This document shows, piece after piece, positions 18,587 to 28,126 of a stretch of 64,000 nucleotides of DNA. Each line of letters starts with the position of its first letter. The first letter of the stretch is position 1. The notes beneath the pieces are model-generated. The model had not been told where the DNA came from and did not search any database. It worked only from the letters and a program-made list of their open reading frames with translations. The position numbers and the translations under genes are program-made. This stretch comes from Planctomycetota bacterium (GTDB lineage Bacteria; Planctomycetota; MHYJ01; WSZJ01): positions 128,001-192,000 of the forward strand of contig JBBTCT010000001.1 in NCBI GenBank assembly GCA_038060895.1, in the 5' to 3' direction.

Positions 18587-20107
18587 CTACTTCTTCCGAA
18601 TCTTGAACCCGTTGACCTGCCACGCCAGCTGCGGATCCAGGGGATCCAGTTCGAGCGCCAGCTTCTTCAGCTTGTCGCCCTTCTCCTTCTCCCCCTTGTC
18701 GATCCACGCTGCGCCGAGGTGCAGATAGAAGTACGGGTTCATCGGGTCCAGCTCGCAGGCCTTGTCGATCATCTTGATGGCCTCGTCCGTCTCGTTGTTG
18801 TTCATGAGCCACTGGCCGTAGTCGTCGTAAGTCAGCGGGTTCTGAGTCCCCTTTTCGACCGCCGTCTTGTAATAGCGCCCCGCCTTGATCCGCAGCCCCC
18901 ACCGCTCCGCCCACCCCGCCGCATCCTCGTACCCGCGGTGCGAAACGAGCTTCAGCGTCTTCACGTAGTCGTACCACTCCTTCTCCAGCGCCTTCATGTC
19001 CTTGATGCCGAGGTACTGCTTCAGCAGCCGGATCACCTCGTCCGGCTCGCACATCACCATGTCCCCCTGGTACGGGACCCGCTTGACGTTCTTGTCCGTC
19101 GAGAGCGCGACGTAGAACTTCTGGAAGGGCGCGCTGTACTTCTTCGACTCCATGAGCATGTGCACGAACGACCAGCCCCACGCGTACTGAAGCGCGCTGA
19201 ACTCCTGCATCCGGATCATTTCCTCGAGCCCCTGCCACTCGTCTCCGGACATCGCGTCCAGCAGCACGACGAGTCGCCCCTCCTGGATGTTCCCGACGGT
19301 CATCTTCTTCGCCTTCGCGTCCCAGGTGCTCGAGCCGTAGTACTCGGCCAGGGACTCGTTCACCCACGCCGGATAGTCGAATTTCGGGTTCAGCAGGTGC
19401 GTCAGGTAATGGTTTGTCTCGTGGAACATCACGTCCAGCGTCAGGCGTTCGTCGTTCCGGTCGTAGTAGAAATTCAGATCCAGCGGCGGGACAAACCGGA
19501 AGTACCCGATGGCCCCGCGCGGCGCGCCGCTCACCTGGTAGTACAACTCGTCGTCGTGGTAGAAGCAGACGGGCAGCTTCGGCGTCTTCGCGTCCGTCTT
19601 GATCCCCCACTTCTTCGTGAATTCATTGAAGTAGGTCTCCATCAACTCCTGGTACTCCTTGCACTTCGACTGGGGGATCGTGTATTCGAACTTGAAGTGC
19701 GCCGTTTCCGTGATGTACCGGTCGCGCCACTCCTGGTGCTTCTTCGCTTCGTCCATCGCCTTTTTCGCGTCGTCCGACCTCTTCTTGACCGTCTTGTCGC
19801 GGTCCGCTTTCGAGACCCACTTCCCCTCGAACGGCACCAGCCCCTTTTCCACCTTCGCCTTCTCCTCGTCGTTCTGCGGCACGTAGTTGCCGCTCGAGTC
19901 GGAGAGCTGGGCAAGCACGACGAGATCCTTCTTCACGAAGATCTCGCCGCTCGAATAGATGATCTTGTACCCGCCTTCGGCCGCTTCGATCTTCGTCGCC
20001 TCGACGAATCGCCCGTCCTTGAACTGCAGGGTGTCTGCGGACGCGGGGGAAACGAAGGCCGCTGCGAGTGCGGCGGGGAGCAGGAATCGAAGGGGGTTCA
20101 TCGGCAT
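18587..20107 (-). CDS. Secreted DUF1570-like zinc metallopeptidase with C-terminal TPR
   Basis: Signal peptide and 'ADTLQFKDG'; 'HETNH' zinc motif with 'PAWVNESLAEY'; 'YAWGWSFVHML'; TPR repeats. Confidence 0.75.
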   Translation of the reverse strand: MPMNPLRFLLPAALAAAFVSPASADTLQFKDGRFVEATKIEAAEGGYKIIYSSGEIFVKKDLVVLAQLSDSSGNYVPQNDEEKAKVEKGLVPFEGKWVSKADRDKTVKKRSDDAKKAMDEAKKHQEWRDRYITETAHFKFEYTIPQSKCKEYQELMETYFNEFTKKWGIKTDAKTPKLPVCFYHDDELYYQVSGAPRGAIGYFRFVPPLDLNFYYDRNDERLTLDVMFHETNHYLTHLLNPKFDYPAWVNESLAEYYGSSTWDAKAKKMTVGNIQEGRLVVLLDAMSGDEWQGLEEMIRMQEFSALQYAWGWSFVHMLMESKKYSAPFQKFYVALSTDKNVKRVPYQGDMVMCEPDEVIRLLKQYLGIKDMKALEKEWYDYVKTLKLVSHRGYEDAAGWAERWGLRIKAGRYYKTAVEKGTQNPLTYDDYGQWLMNNNETDEAIKMIDKACELDPMNPYFYLHLGAAWIDKGEKEKGDKLKKLALELDPLDPQLAWQVNGFKIRKK

Positions 20108-20174
20108 CCTCGAGAAAACGAGCCGCCCGGGCGGCCTCGAAGGGCTCCCGGGCGGCGGTTGAGTGCGGTCACGG

Positions 20175-21818
20175 CTACTTTGCGAACTTCTCCCAGTTGG
20201 ACTGCAGTCCGGCCCAATCGGCGTCCGTCCAGCTGCCGAACACGGCCTTGAAAATCTGCTCGTTGAACTCCTTTTCCTTCGCCGACCAGTCCTGCTTCTT
20301 GCGCTTCTTGAATTCTTCTTCCTCTTCCTCTTCCGTCTTGGCGCCTCCAGCCGCCTTGACGGCATCGCGCGCGGCCTTTTCGTTCTCCTGCATGACGGCG
20401 AGGAGGTTCTTGAGGTAGTCCTTGATCATCGTCGAATGCTTCTTGACGCCCCGGCCCGGTCCCATGAGGTAGCGGATGAGCGACGCGCACTGCGCGTAGA
20501 GGTACTGGCCGTCCTCGCCGCCGAACATGTCCTTCTGGGTCACGTTCAGCAGGTCGCGGATCGTCTTGAACTTGCCCTTTTTCGCGCCATCGTTCATCCG
20601 GGTCTTCTCGGAGTCGTCCGGCCCGAACTGGAGCTGGCCCCCCTTGAGGACCGCCGTCCCGATGTACCCGCGAAGGCCGTTCTCGAGCCACGTCGGCAGT
20701 GCGGAGTAAAGTTCGCTGTTCTTGTCGTAGAAGAAGAAGTTCATCACGCCGCGCCCGAGGTACTGGAACTCGTACGGGTTCAGGCCGTCCTTGCTCTCGC
20801 TGGTGATCAGCTCGCGCGAGTCGTTCGACCAGGAATCCCCCGAGCTGCTGCCGAACGCGCGCTCCTCGTCCCGGTCCTTGCAGATCCGCAGGATGCAGCC
20901 CTGCACATACCCCGGCCCGATGTCGCCGAACTCCTTGTCGAGCCATGTCCGCACCGCCTCGGCGTGCGCGATCACCTTGTCCTGGTACTTCGTGCCGGCG
21001 TGGTTCAAGACCAGGAAATGCGCCGTGCGCTTCGTCGTCCAGTCCTTCGGCAGGTCCGCGATCGCCTTCTTGAACATCATCTCTTCGACCTCGAGCCGGC
21101 GCTTCTTCTGCTGCTCAGGCGTCTCGTTCGGGTCGACGACCTTGATCTTCGGGCCGCCGCCGACGTTCTCCTTCTTGGCGTTCGGGTCGCGCGCGATGAG
21201 CTTGAAGCTCTTGAACGAATTCATGACCGTCGTCTGGAGCTTGTCGACGAACTGCTCGAGCACTTCGCACTCGATCGCCAGGTCGCCCCACTCGGCCTTG
21301 TAAATCCAGCAGTAGATCCGCTTCTTCCCGGTCACCACCAGTTTCTCGATCTTTACCTCCAGCATCTTGACCGGCGTCTCACCGATCTTGATGTCCTTCT
21401 CGGCGGAGATGTAGAAGCCGCCGTCGCGGAAGTTGCGCTTGAGGTAGTCCTTGTAATCCACGTACGGGCGCGAGAGGTCGATCACGTCGCCCGGCTTCAC
21501 CGTTCCGCCGCCCGCTTCGCCGCCGCCGGAGTCGGCATCGCCGCCGCCGGGATTGACCACGGCCTTGTCGAAGATGATCACCCGCATGAGCGGGTTGTGC
21601 GTGTACCCGGATTCCTTGTCGTCGTACTTCCGGTCGCACAGCCATTTCGTGGCGATCCACTTCTCCTCCACCTGGATCGGCACCTGCGTCCAGTCCTTCG
21701 GCGGCTGGAACTGGAAGCCATTCCCCTTGTCGACGCACAGCCCCTGGGAAAAGGCGGAAATCTGGGCACCCAGGGCAAGGACGGGAACGAGCGCGAGCGC
21801 GCGGCGAAGAGCGGTCAT
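20175..21818 (-). CDS. Secreted DUF1570-like protein lacking the HExxH motif
   Basis: Signal peptide; 'TAHFLV', 'LPTWLENGLRGY', 'YAQCASLIRYLM' resemble DUF1570, but the zinc motif is replaced by 'YLGRG'. Confidence 0.6.
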   Translation of the reverse strand: MTALRRALALVPVLALGAQISAFSQGLCVDKGNGFQFQPPKDWTQVPIQVEEKWIATKWLCDRKYDDKESGYTHNPLMRVIIFDKAVVNPGGGDADSGGGEAGGGTVKPGDVIDLSRPYVDYKDYLKRNFRDGGFYISAEKDIKIGETPVKMLEVKIEKLVVTGKKRIYCWIYKAEWGDLAIECEVLEQFVDKLQTTVMNSFKSFKLIARDPNAKKENVGGGPKIKVVDPNETPEQQKKRRLEVEEMMFKKAIADLPKDWTTKRTAHFLVLNHAGTKYQDKVIAHAEAVRTWLDKEFGDIGPGYVQGCILRICKDRDEERAFGSSSGDSWSNDSRELITSESKDGLNPYEFQYLGRGVMNFFFYDKNSELYSALPTWLENGLRGYIGTAVLKGGQLQFGPDDSEKTRMNDGAKKGKFKTIRDLLNVTQKDMFGGEDGQYLYAQCASLIRYLMGPGRGVKKHSTMIKDYLKNLLAVMQENEKAARDAVKAAGGAKTEEEEEEEFKKRKKQDWSAKEKEFNEQIFKAVFGSWTDADWAGLQSNWEKFAK

Positions 21819-21971
21819 AACCGGAAGCCTCGAGTGGGGGCTGAATGTGCAGCCCGTTTGGGGTGGGGTCGGGAACGCTGCCGTCCCTCGGGAAACAGCG
21901 TCTCTGTCCGGTACATTAGACGCTGGTCGGGGCAAAATGTTTCCGGATTTCTGAAGAATGTTGCACGCGAA

Positions 21972-22907
21972 CTAACTCGTTGTCGCTTCGCCGGTTGCGG
22001 CGGGCATTCCCTTGCGCTGGGTCTTCCAGCGCCGATGCACCCAGAGCCACTGCTCCGGGAATCGCCGGATCCAGTCCTCAATCGTCTTTGTGAAGCGAGC
22101 CGTCGATTTCTCCAGGTCCGCTTCCTGGTCCACCGATCCCTGCGCGACGAACCCTTCGCCGATTTCGACGAGGAACTTCCCGTCACGCTGACGCATCGCC
22201 GCGAAAGGCACGATCGGCGCCCCCGTGCGGTGCGACAGGAGCGCGGGCGATTTCAGCGTCGAGGCTTCGCGCCCGAAGAACGGAACGAACACGCCCTGGT
22301 CGCGCGCATCCTGGTCCACCAGCATCGCGAGCACTTCCCCGCGCCTCAGCACGTGAATCGCCTCGCGCAGCCCGCCCCACTTCTCGATGACATGGATTCC
22401 CGCACTCGCGCGGGCGTCGTTCAGCAGCTCCTGGACACCGGGATTCTCGATCGGCCTCAGGAGCCACGTCGGCGGGTGCCCCAGGTGGCCGAGCACGACC
22501 GCGCCGATTTCCCAGTTCCCAAGGTGCGCACTCACCGCGATCACTCCCTTGCCCAGCGCCCGCGCAGCCCGGAGATTTTCTTCGCCCACCACGGTGACGC
22601 GGCGGCGGAAGCGGGCGCGGGAGAACATCGAGGTGATCTGCATGCACTCGAAGAGGATCTGGCCGAACTCGAGGACCGATTCTGCGGCGATCCGGCCGCC
22701 GCCGGGGCCGAGGGCCAGCTCCGCCTGGTCCGCTGCAAACTTGAGCTTTCCCTTCACGATCGCGGCGGCCAGGCGACCGAGCCAGCGGCCGCCGGAGCGG
22801 GTGAGGGGCTGGGGAAGGAACTCGATGAAGTCGCGCAACCGGTCGGCGATTCCGGTGACGAACTGGTTGAAGACGGGGCCCCAGACGGGGTCGCGCTCGA
22901 GTTTCAC
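21972..22907 (-). CDS. LpxL/HtrB-like acyltransferase, paralogue 5
   Basis: 'AHLGNWE', 'LVDQDARDQGVFVPFFG', 'PEQWLWVHRRWK'; GTG start at 22907. Confidence 0.88.
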   Translation of the reverse strand: MKLERDPVWGPVFNQFVTGIADRLRDFIEFLPQPLTRSGGRWLGRLAAAIVKGKLKFAADQAELALGPGGGRIAAESVLEFGQILFECMQITSMFSRARFRRRVTVVGEENLRAARALGKGVIAVSAHLGNWEIGAVVLGHLGHPPTWLLRPIENPGVQELLNDARASAGIHVIEKWGGLREAIHVLRRGEVLAMLVDQDARDQGVFVPFFGREASTLKSPALLSHRTGAPIVPFAAMRQRDGKFLVEIGEGFVAQGSVDQEADLEKSTARFTKTIEDWIRRFPEQWLWVHRRWKTQRKGMPAATGEATTS

Positions 22908-22932
22908 GCTGGAAAGGGTAACCGAGGGGTGG

Positions 22933-23111
22933 GGAAAACGGCAGGGGATGGGGTGAAGGCGGGTATGGGATCGGGGGGGCTGGGGCTTGGGATGGGGATG
23001 AGGCAGCGAAGCACCCACGATTGCGTTCGGTGCTTCGCTGCCCGATCCCCATCCCGATCCCTATCCCCCCCCATCCCCATCCCGCTTTTTCCCCATCCCC
23101 TGCCGTTTTCC
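22933..23111. repeat. About 180-bp hairpin with G-rich/C-rich (GGGGAT / ATCCCC) repeat arms
   Basis: Perfect 21-bp outer stem GGAAAACGGCAGGGGATGGGG / CCCCATCCCCTGCCGTTTTCC and perfect 14-bp inner stem GGCAGCGAAGCACC / GGTGCTTCGCTGCC. Confidence 0.9.
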
Positions 23112-24236
23112 ACCGATCTCATACCGAATCAACCTGCAGTCAATCGGCCCGTTCATCACAGGCCACTTCTTCGCGGCCTTTAGCCCGAGGAACTTCGTCA
23201 GCTCCGGGTTCCCGCACAGAACGAACGCCGTCGCCCCGTCGCACCGGTGCAGGAAATTCCCGAGCGCCTTCCACGATTCGTCGAGGTCGTCGCCCTCCCC
23301 GAGCCGCTCGCCATACGGCGGATTCGTAAAAATCGTCGCGGGCGCGACCGCCGGCTTCCAGTCTTTCGCGTCCGCCTGCTCGATCGTCACCAGCCGGTCC
23401 ACCCCCGCCGCCACCACGCTCTTTCGCGCCAGCGCCACCGCACCGGGATGCCGGTCCGCCCCCATGATCGCGAACGGCAGCCGCGCCTTCGCCCGCCGCT
23501 TCGCTTCGTCCCGCTCCTTCGCCCACGCCGCTTCGTCCAGATCCTGCCACCGCTCGAACGCAAACCGCCGGTTCAGCCCCGGCGCACGATCCGCCGCCCA
23601 CATCGCAGCCTCGATCAACAGCGTCGCACTCCCGCACATCGGGTCCGCCAGCGCCGACTTCCGGTCCCACCCCGCCAGCATCAGAATCCCCGCCGCCGTC
23701 GCTTCGTTCAGCGGCGACTTCACCAGGATCTGCCGGTACCCGCGCTTGTGCAGGCTCTCCCCCGCCCAGTCGCGATACAGAAGCGCTTCATCGCGCTTGA
23801 GCACGAGCTTGAGCGGCAAGTCCGGGTCCTGCGTGTCCACGTTCGGCCGGTCGCCGAAGCGCTCCCGGATCTTGTCCACGATCGCGTCCTTGATCGTGAG
23901 CGCCGCGAATCCGCTGTGCGTGAGTTCGGAATCGCGCACCGAAGCGTCGACCGCGATGGTGAACCCGGGGTCGAGGTACTTCGGCCAGTCAACCTCCGCC
24001 GCGCCCGCGTAAAGTTCGCGCGGCCCGCGCGCCGGGCCTTTCCACAGAAGCTCCTGCACGCGAATCGCGGTGCGGAGCCAGAGGCAGGCCTTCCTCGCGA
24101 CGGAGGCGTCCCCCCGGAACTCGACCCCGCCGCGCTTCTCGACCACGTCCGAAGCGCCGATCGCGCGCAGCTCCTCCGCAAGCGCGGGCTCGAAACCGGG
24201 GCCGCAGGGAGAAAAAAACGTGGATGTAAGCGCCAT
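23061..24236 (-). CDS. rlmL: THUMP-domain 23S rRNA guanine-N2 methyltransferase (RlmL-like)
   Basis: 'CLWLRTAIRV', 'GESLHKRGYR', 'PLNEATAAGIL', 'DPMCGSATLLIEAA', 'TNPPYGERLG', 'NGPIDC'. Confidence 0.85.
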   Translation of the reverse strand: MALTSTFFSPCGPGFEPALAEELRAIGASDVVEKRGGVEFRGDASVARKACLWLRTAIRVQELLWKGPARGPRELYAGAAEVDWPKYLDPGFTIAVDASVRDSELTHSGFAALTIKDAIVDKIRERFGDRPNVDTQDPDLPLKLVLKRDEALLYRDWAGESLHKRGYRQILVKSPLNEATAAGILMLAGWDRKSALADPMCGSATLLIEAAMWAADRAPGLNRRFAFERWQDLDEAAWAKERDEAKRRAKARLPFAIMGADRHPGAVALARKSVVAAGVDRLVTIEQADAKDWKPAVAPATIFTNPPYGERLGEGDDLDESWKALGNFLHRCDGATAFVLCGNPELTKFLGLKAAKKWPVMNGPIDCRLIRYEIGGKRQGMGKKRDGDGGG

Positions 24237-24309
24237 GGGTGGCCGAGAGGATACACGCCTTTTTGATCAACTCTCGTTTCCGTCGGCCTCCTGCGAATAA
24301 CATTCACCC

Positions 24310-25545
24310 ATGAACCATTCCAGCGCCTTCGCCGTTCTCTTCCTGGTCTCCGCTTCCGCCCTCGCCGCTCCTCCCGAGCAGAAAGTCTCCGCCAGGGGTC
24401 TCACTTACCAGCTGCGCGTTCCGGAGAACTCCGCCAGGGGAAAACATCCGCTCATCGTCGCGCTCCACGGCGCGGGCGACAACTGCGCGAACTTCATGCG
24501 CTGGATCAGCGGCCCGCAGGCGACGTTCGCGAAGGACGCGATCCTGCTCGCGCCGCAGGCGCTGAAGAACGGATCGTGGGACAAGGAAGACCTGGAGCCG
24601 CTCGCGGATCTCGTGCGGGAGATGAAGGCGGCGCACGCGCCGACGCGCACGATCGGCTTCGGCTTTTCGCGGGGGGCCTACTACACGTTTCACCTCGGCA
24701 CGACGCACCCGGAGCTCTACGACGGCGCCATCCCGTTCGCCGGCGGACTCCCAGGCGCCGTGCCCGACAGCGACGATATGCGCCGCTTGCCCTTCTATGT
24801 CTGCCACGGCGACGCCGACGACGTCGTGCCGGTCGCCGAGAGCGAGCGGTCAGTGAAGGCGCTCGAAACGGGGAAGGTGCCGGTCAAGTTCGAGAAGGTC
24901 GCCGGGCTCAAGCACACGGTGGACTGGGCGGCCGTGAAGCGCGGGCTGGATTGGGTGAATGGGATCCTCGACGAGCGGCAGAAAGCGCTCGACGACGAGG
25001 TCGCGAAGAAGATTGCGGAGTTGGAGAAATCGTTGAAGGAGAAATCCTGGGAAGCGGCGGCCGCGGGGTTCACGGCGATCACGCGCGTGCCGGCGAGGCT
25101 GGCGCCCAAGCTCGCCGGGCTTGCGAAGGCGCACGCGACTTCGGCGGAGGAAACGGTTGCCCTCGCGGCGATCGCCGCCGCCGGCCGTTGTGGCACAGAC
25201 GGCGTTGCGGCTCTCAAGGGGATCGCCGGCACAAATGAAAAACTCGCCCCGGCCGCCGCTTCCGCCCTCGGCGAAACCGGCTCCCCCGCCGCTGCGGAGC
25301 CGCTTCTCGCGTACCTGAAGACGAAGTCAGACACCGTGGCGACGGCAGCCGCGGAGGCCCTCGGAAAGCTCGGCGGCGACGCCGCGACCGGCGCGCTCGT
25401 CGCAGGCCTCTCCAATTGCGAGGCACTCCTCCCTGCGAGCCCGCGCAGAGATGCGATCAACACGGCCCTCAAGAAAACTACCGGGCAGTCGTTCTCGAAA
25501 GCGTCCGAATGGAAGAAGTGGCTCGCCGAAAGCGGGAAGAAGTAA
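24310..25545 (+). CDS. Secreted alpha/beta-hydrolase (phospholipase/carboxylesterase-like) with HEAT repeats
   Basis: 'LIVALHGAG', nucleophile elbow 'GFSRG', 'HGDADDVVP', His in 'GLKH'; C-terminal HEAT-like repeats 'AAAEALGKLG'. Confidence 0.8.
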   Translation: MNHSSAFAVLFLVSASALAAPPEQKVSARGLTYQLRVPENSARGKHPLIVALHGAGDNCANFMRWISGPQATFAKDAILLAPQALKNGSWDKEDLEPLADLVREMKAAHAPTRTIGFGFSRGAYYTFHLGTTHPELYDGAIPFAGGLPGAVPDSDDMRRLPFYVCHGDADDVVPVAESERSVKALETGKVPVKFEKVAGLKHTVDWAAVKRGLDWVNGILDERQKALDDEVAKKIAELEKSLKEKSWEAAAAGFTAITRVPARLAPKLAGLAKAHATSAEETVALAAIAAAGRCGTDGVAALKGIAGTNEKLAPAAASALGETGSPAAAEPLLAYLKTKSDTVATAAAEALGKLGGDAATGALVAGLSNCEALLPASPRRDAINTALKKTTGQSFSKASEWKKWLAESGKK

Positions 25546-25553
25546 TCGCCTCC

Positions 25554-26237
25554 ATGAAGAGGTTTCTGCCTGGCGGCATGTTCTTCTTCATGGGCGCGAT
25601 CTTTCCGTTCGTCGGCTGGAGCATGGCGGAGGAGACGCGCAGCGCGATGAAGCGCTGGATCGAGGTTTCCGCGCAGGTCGCGGGGCACGAGATCCTGTTC
25701 GAGGCGGAACCGGTGCAGGCGGAGGCGGAGCTGGAGGAAGTAACGGGCGGGAAGGCGAGCCGGCCGGGGCTGCGGTTGCGGTACCTGGTGGACGGGATGC
25801 CGGCGGAGGCGGAGGGGCTGTACTCGGCGGACCTGGGTCTCCCTACGATCTGGAACCCCGAGGATCTGGCTCCCTATCCTGTCGGCAGGAAGCTCACGGT
25901 GTGGACGGACCCGCAGGACCTGACGAAGGCCTACCTGGATCGCGCGGTGCCGGCGATGCCCTACGTGATCATCCTGATGCCGATGATCTTCGTCAGCTTC
26001 GGCGCGATGTTCCTCCTGTTCCCGCCGGTAGAGGGGAAGAAGCAGTACGACCCCGGCACGCCGTGGGCCTGGCGGACGTTTCTGTTCATCTGGAACTCGG
26101 CCGGGATCGCGGCGGCCGCGCATTACTTTTCGCAGCCCGGATCGATGAACGCGGGCGATATCGCGCTCTTTTCGATCTATCTCGGCATCGGGGTCCTGCC
26201 GGTGCTGGTGATGGTGAATCGGGCCGTGCGAGCTTGA
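25554..26237 (+). CDS. Hypothetical membrane protein (DUF3592-like)
   Basis: TM helix, soluble OB-like segment 'YPVGRKLTVWTDPQD', then three TM helices. Confidence 0.6.
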   Translation: MKRFLPGGMFFFMGAIFPFVGWSMAEETRSAMKRWIEVSAQVAGHEILFEAEPVQAEAELEEVTGGKASRPGLRLRYLVDGMPAEAEGLYSADLGLPTIWNPEDLAPYPVGRKLTVWTDPQDLTKAYLDRAVPAMPYVIILMPMIFVSFGAMFLLFPPVEGKKQYDPGTPWAWRTFLFIWNSAGIAAAAHYFSQPGSMNAGDIALFSIYLGIGVLPVLVMVNRAVRA

Positions 26238-26282
26238 ATACCTAACTTTGTAAGTAATTAATCTTAAATGTGTACTTTTTAG

Positions 26283-26311
26283 TTGATTCTCACCGACAGT
26301 TACTCTATATC
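26283..26311 (+). promoter_or_regulatory. Putative sigma70 promoter of glnA
   Basis: TTGATT-N17-TATATC inside the AT-rich island at 26238-26315. Confidence 0.4.
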
Positions 26312-26424
26312 CCTCACTTCAATTCTGCCCCCCCCCTCCCCCGCAACTCCTCATCGGAGAGCCCGACATGCGTCACCACTTTCAGTCCTACGCCGCCCCC
26401 GGCACCACAAAGGAGCCCGCTTCC

Positions 26425-27864
26425 ATGGATCACCCGCCCCTGCGCTCGTTCCTCGAAATACCCTACGACAAGCTCGAGGAGATGAACCTCGAGGTCAAGG
26501 AAGCGCGCATCAAGCGCGTGGACGCGGGAAAACTCCAGGAGCAGCGGATGAAGTACCTCGCCGACGAGAAGCGGATCAAGGCCGTCACGGTCTGCTTCAC
26601 GGACCTCGAGGGCCGGCTGCACATGCTCGACTACGACAAGAAGTTCCTGCTGAAGTCCGCGGACAACCTGACGTTCGATGGGTCGTCGATCCGCGGGTTC
26701 TCGCAGCAGGCGGAGTCGGACCTGCGGCTGAAGTGCGACTGGTCGTCGTTCTACTGGCTCCCCGCCGACGTTTTCGGGCCCGGGAAAGTGCTGGTGTTCG
26801 GCGAAGTCCTGGAGCGCGACGGGAAGCCTTATCCCGCCGACATGCGCTCGCGGCTGAAGCAGTTCTGCAACAACCTGTTCTCGAAACAGGGACTGGAGCT
26901 CCACGCGGCCAACGAAATCGAGGGGTTCCTCTTCAGCGGCCGCGAGGCCGAGCGCCGCTACTACGAGACCGGGAAGTTCGACTTCATCTCGACGGGCGGC
27001 TACTACCACTCGCTCCCCGGCGACCCGCTGCGCCGCTTCATCGATACGTCCGCCGAGGTCCAGCGGTCGATGGGGTTCGCGAACGAGAAGGACCATCCGG
27101 AGGTCGCGCCGTCGCAGTTCGAGATGAACTACTCGTACACGCAGGCGCTCATCGCCGCCGACCAGGTGCAGCTCTACAAGCTCATCTGCCGCCAGGTCGC
27201 CGACCGCATGGAGATGAGCGCTTCGTTCCTGCCGAAGCCCGTCACCGGCGTGAACGGCAACGGGATGCACACGAACATCTCGGTCAACAAGAACGGCAGG
27301 AACCTGTTCTACGACAAGAACGGCCAGGACGGCCTGTCCGCGATCGGCTGGAAGTTCATCGACCGGATCCTGAACAACGCGAACGACATCTGCCTGATCC
27401 TGAACTGCAGCGTGAATTCGTACCGCCGGCTCGACCCGCACTTTGAAGCGCCCAACCAGATCAAGGCCAGCGCGATTGACCGCGGCTCGATGGTGCGGAT
27501 CCCGCTCGGCAACGAGCGTTCCGCGCGCATCGAGGTCCGCTCCGTCGCCCCCGACGCAAACCCGTATCTCGCGATTTACACGATGCTCGCGACGGGCCTC
27601 GAGGGCCCGGAGGCGCCGACGTCCGACGCCGACAAGCGCGCGCGGACCCGGTTCCTGCCGGACAACATCCACGACGCGATCCGGCTGTTCAAGACGAGCG
27701 AGTTCGCGATGAAGCTGCTGGGCGAGGAAGTCCACACGAAGTACGCGGAGCTCAAAATGGCGTCGGCGGAGCGCTGCCCGAAGGCGCTGGGCGCGCGCGT
27801 CAAGGTGGCGGAAGTCCAGTTCCACCACGAGGTGACGAACCAGTTCCTGTGGAATCTGTTCTAG
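26425..27864 (+). CDS. glnA: Glutamine synthetase (type I family)
   Basis: 'FTDLEGRL', 'FDGSSIRGF', 'HPEVAPSQFE', 'ASFLPKP..GVNGNGMHTNIS', 'NSYRRL', 'RIEVRS..PDANPYLA'; AAGGAG RBS before the ATG at 26425. Confidence 0.93.
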   Translation: MDHPPLRSFLEIPYDKLEEMNLEVKEARIKRVDAGKLQEQRMKYLADEKRIKAVTVCFTDLEGRLHMLDYDKKFLLKSADNLTFDGSSIRGFSQQAESDLRLKCDWSSFYWLPADVFGPGKVLVFGEVLERDGKPYPADMRSRLKQFCNNLFSKQGLELHAANEIEGFLFSGREAERRYYETGKFDFISTGGYYHSLPGDPLRRFIDTSAEVQRSMGFANEKDHPEVAPSQFEMNYSYTQALIAADQVQLYKLICRQVADRMEMSASFLPKPVTGVNGNGMHTNISVNKNGRNLFYDKNGQDGLSAIGWKFIDRILNNANDICLILNCSVNSYRRLDPHFEAPNQIKASAIDRGSMVRIPLGNERSARIEVRSVAPDANPYLAIYTMLATGLEGPEAPTSDADKRARTRFLPDNIHDAIRLFKTSEFAMKLLGEEVHTKYAELKMASAERCPKALGARVKVAEVQFHHEVTNQFLWNLF

Positions 27865-27888
27865 GAGTCGGGCTGAAGCGGACATTGC

Positions 27889-27925
27889 GGCGCGCGGGGG
27901 CGATGGCTCCCGCGCGCCTTTTTTT
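27889..27925 (+). terminator. Intrinsic terminator after glnA
   Basis: Stem GGCGCGCGGGGGC / GCTCCCGCGCGCC, 4-nt loop, followed by T7. Confidence 0.85.
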
Positions 27926-28126
27926 CGGCTCGAAATGCGAGAATGAGAATCGGCGGAACCAGGTCGAATTCCCCGCGCAGGCGCTCAAGTCTGTTCGCGG
28001 CGTGCGGCCACTCGTCACTATCGAGAAAAATGGGAGGTCATGGTGCCCGATCTCAACCACCCGATGGCGCCGCACAGATTTGCTGCCACGAGACAGGAGG
28101 ACCTCATCCTAGGTTGCTGCAAACAC

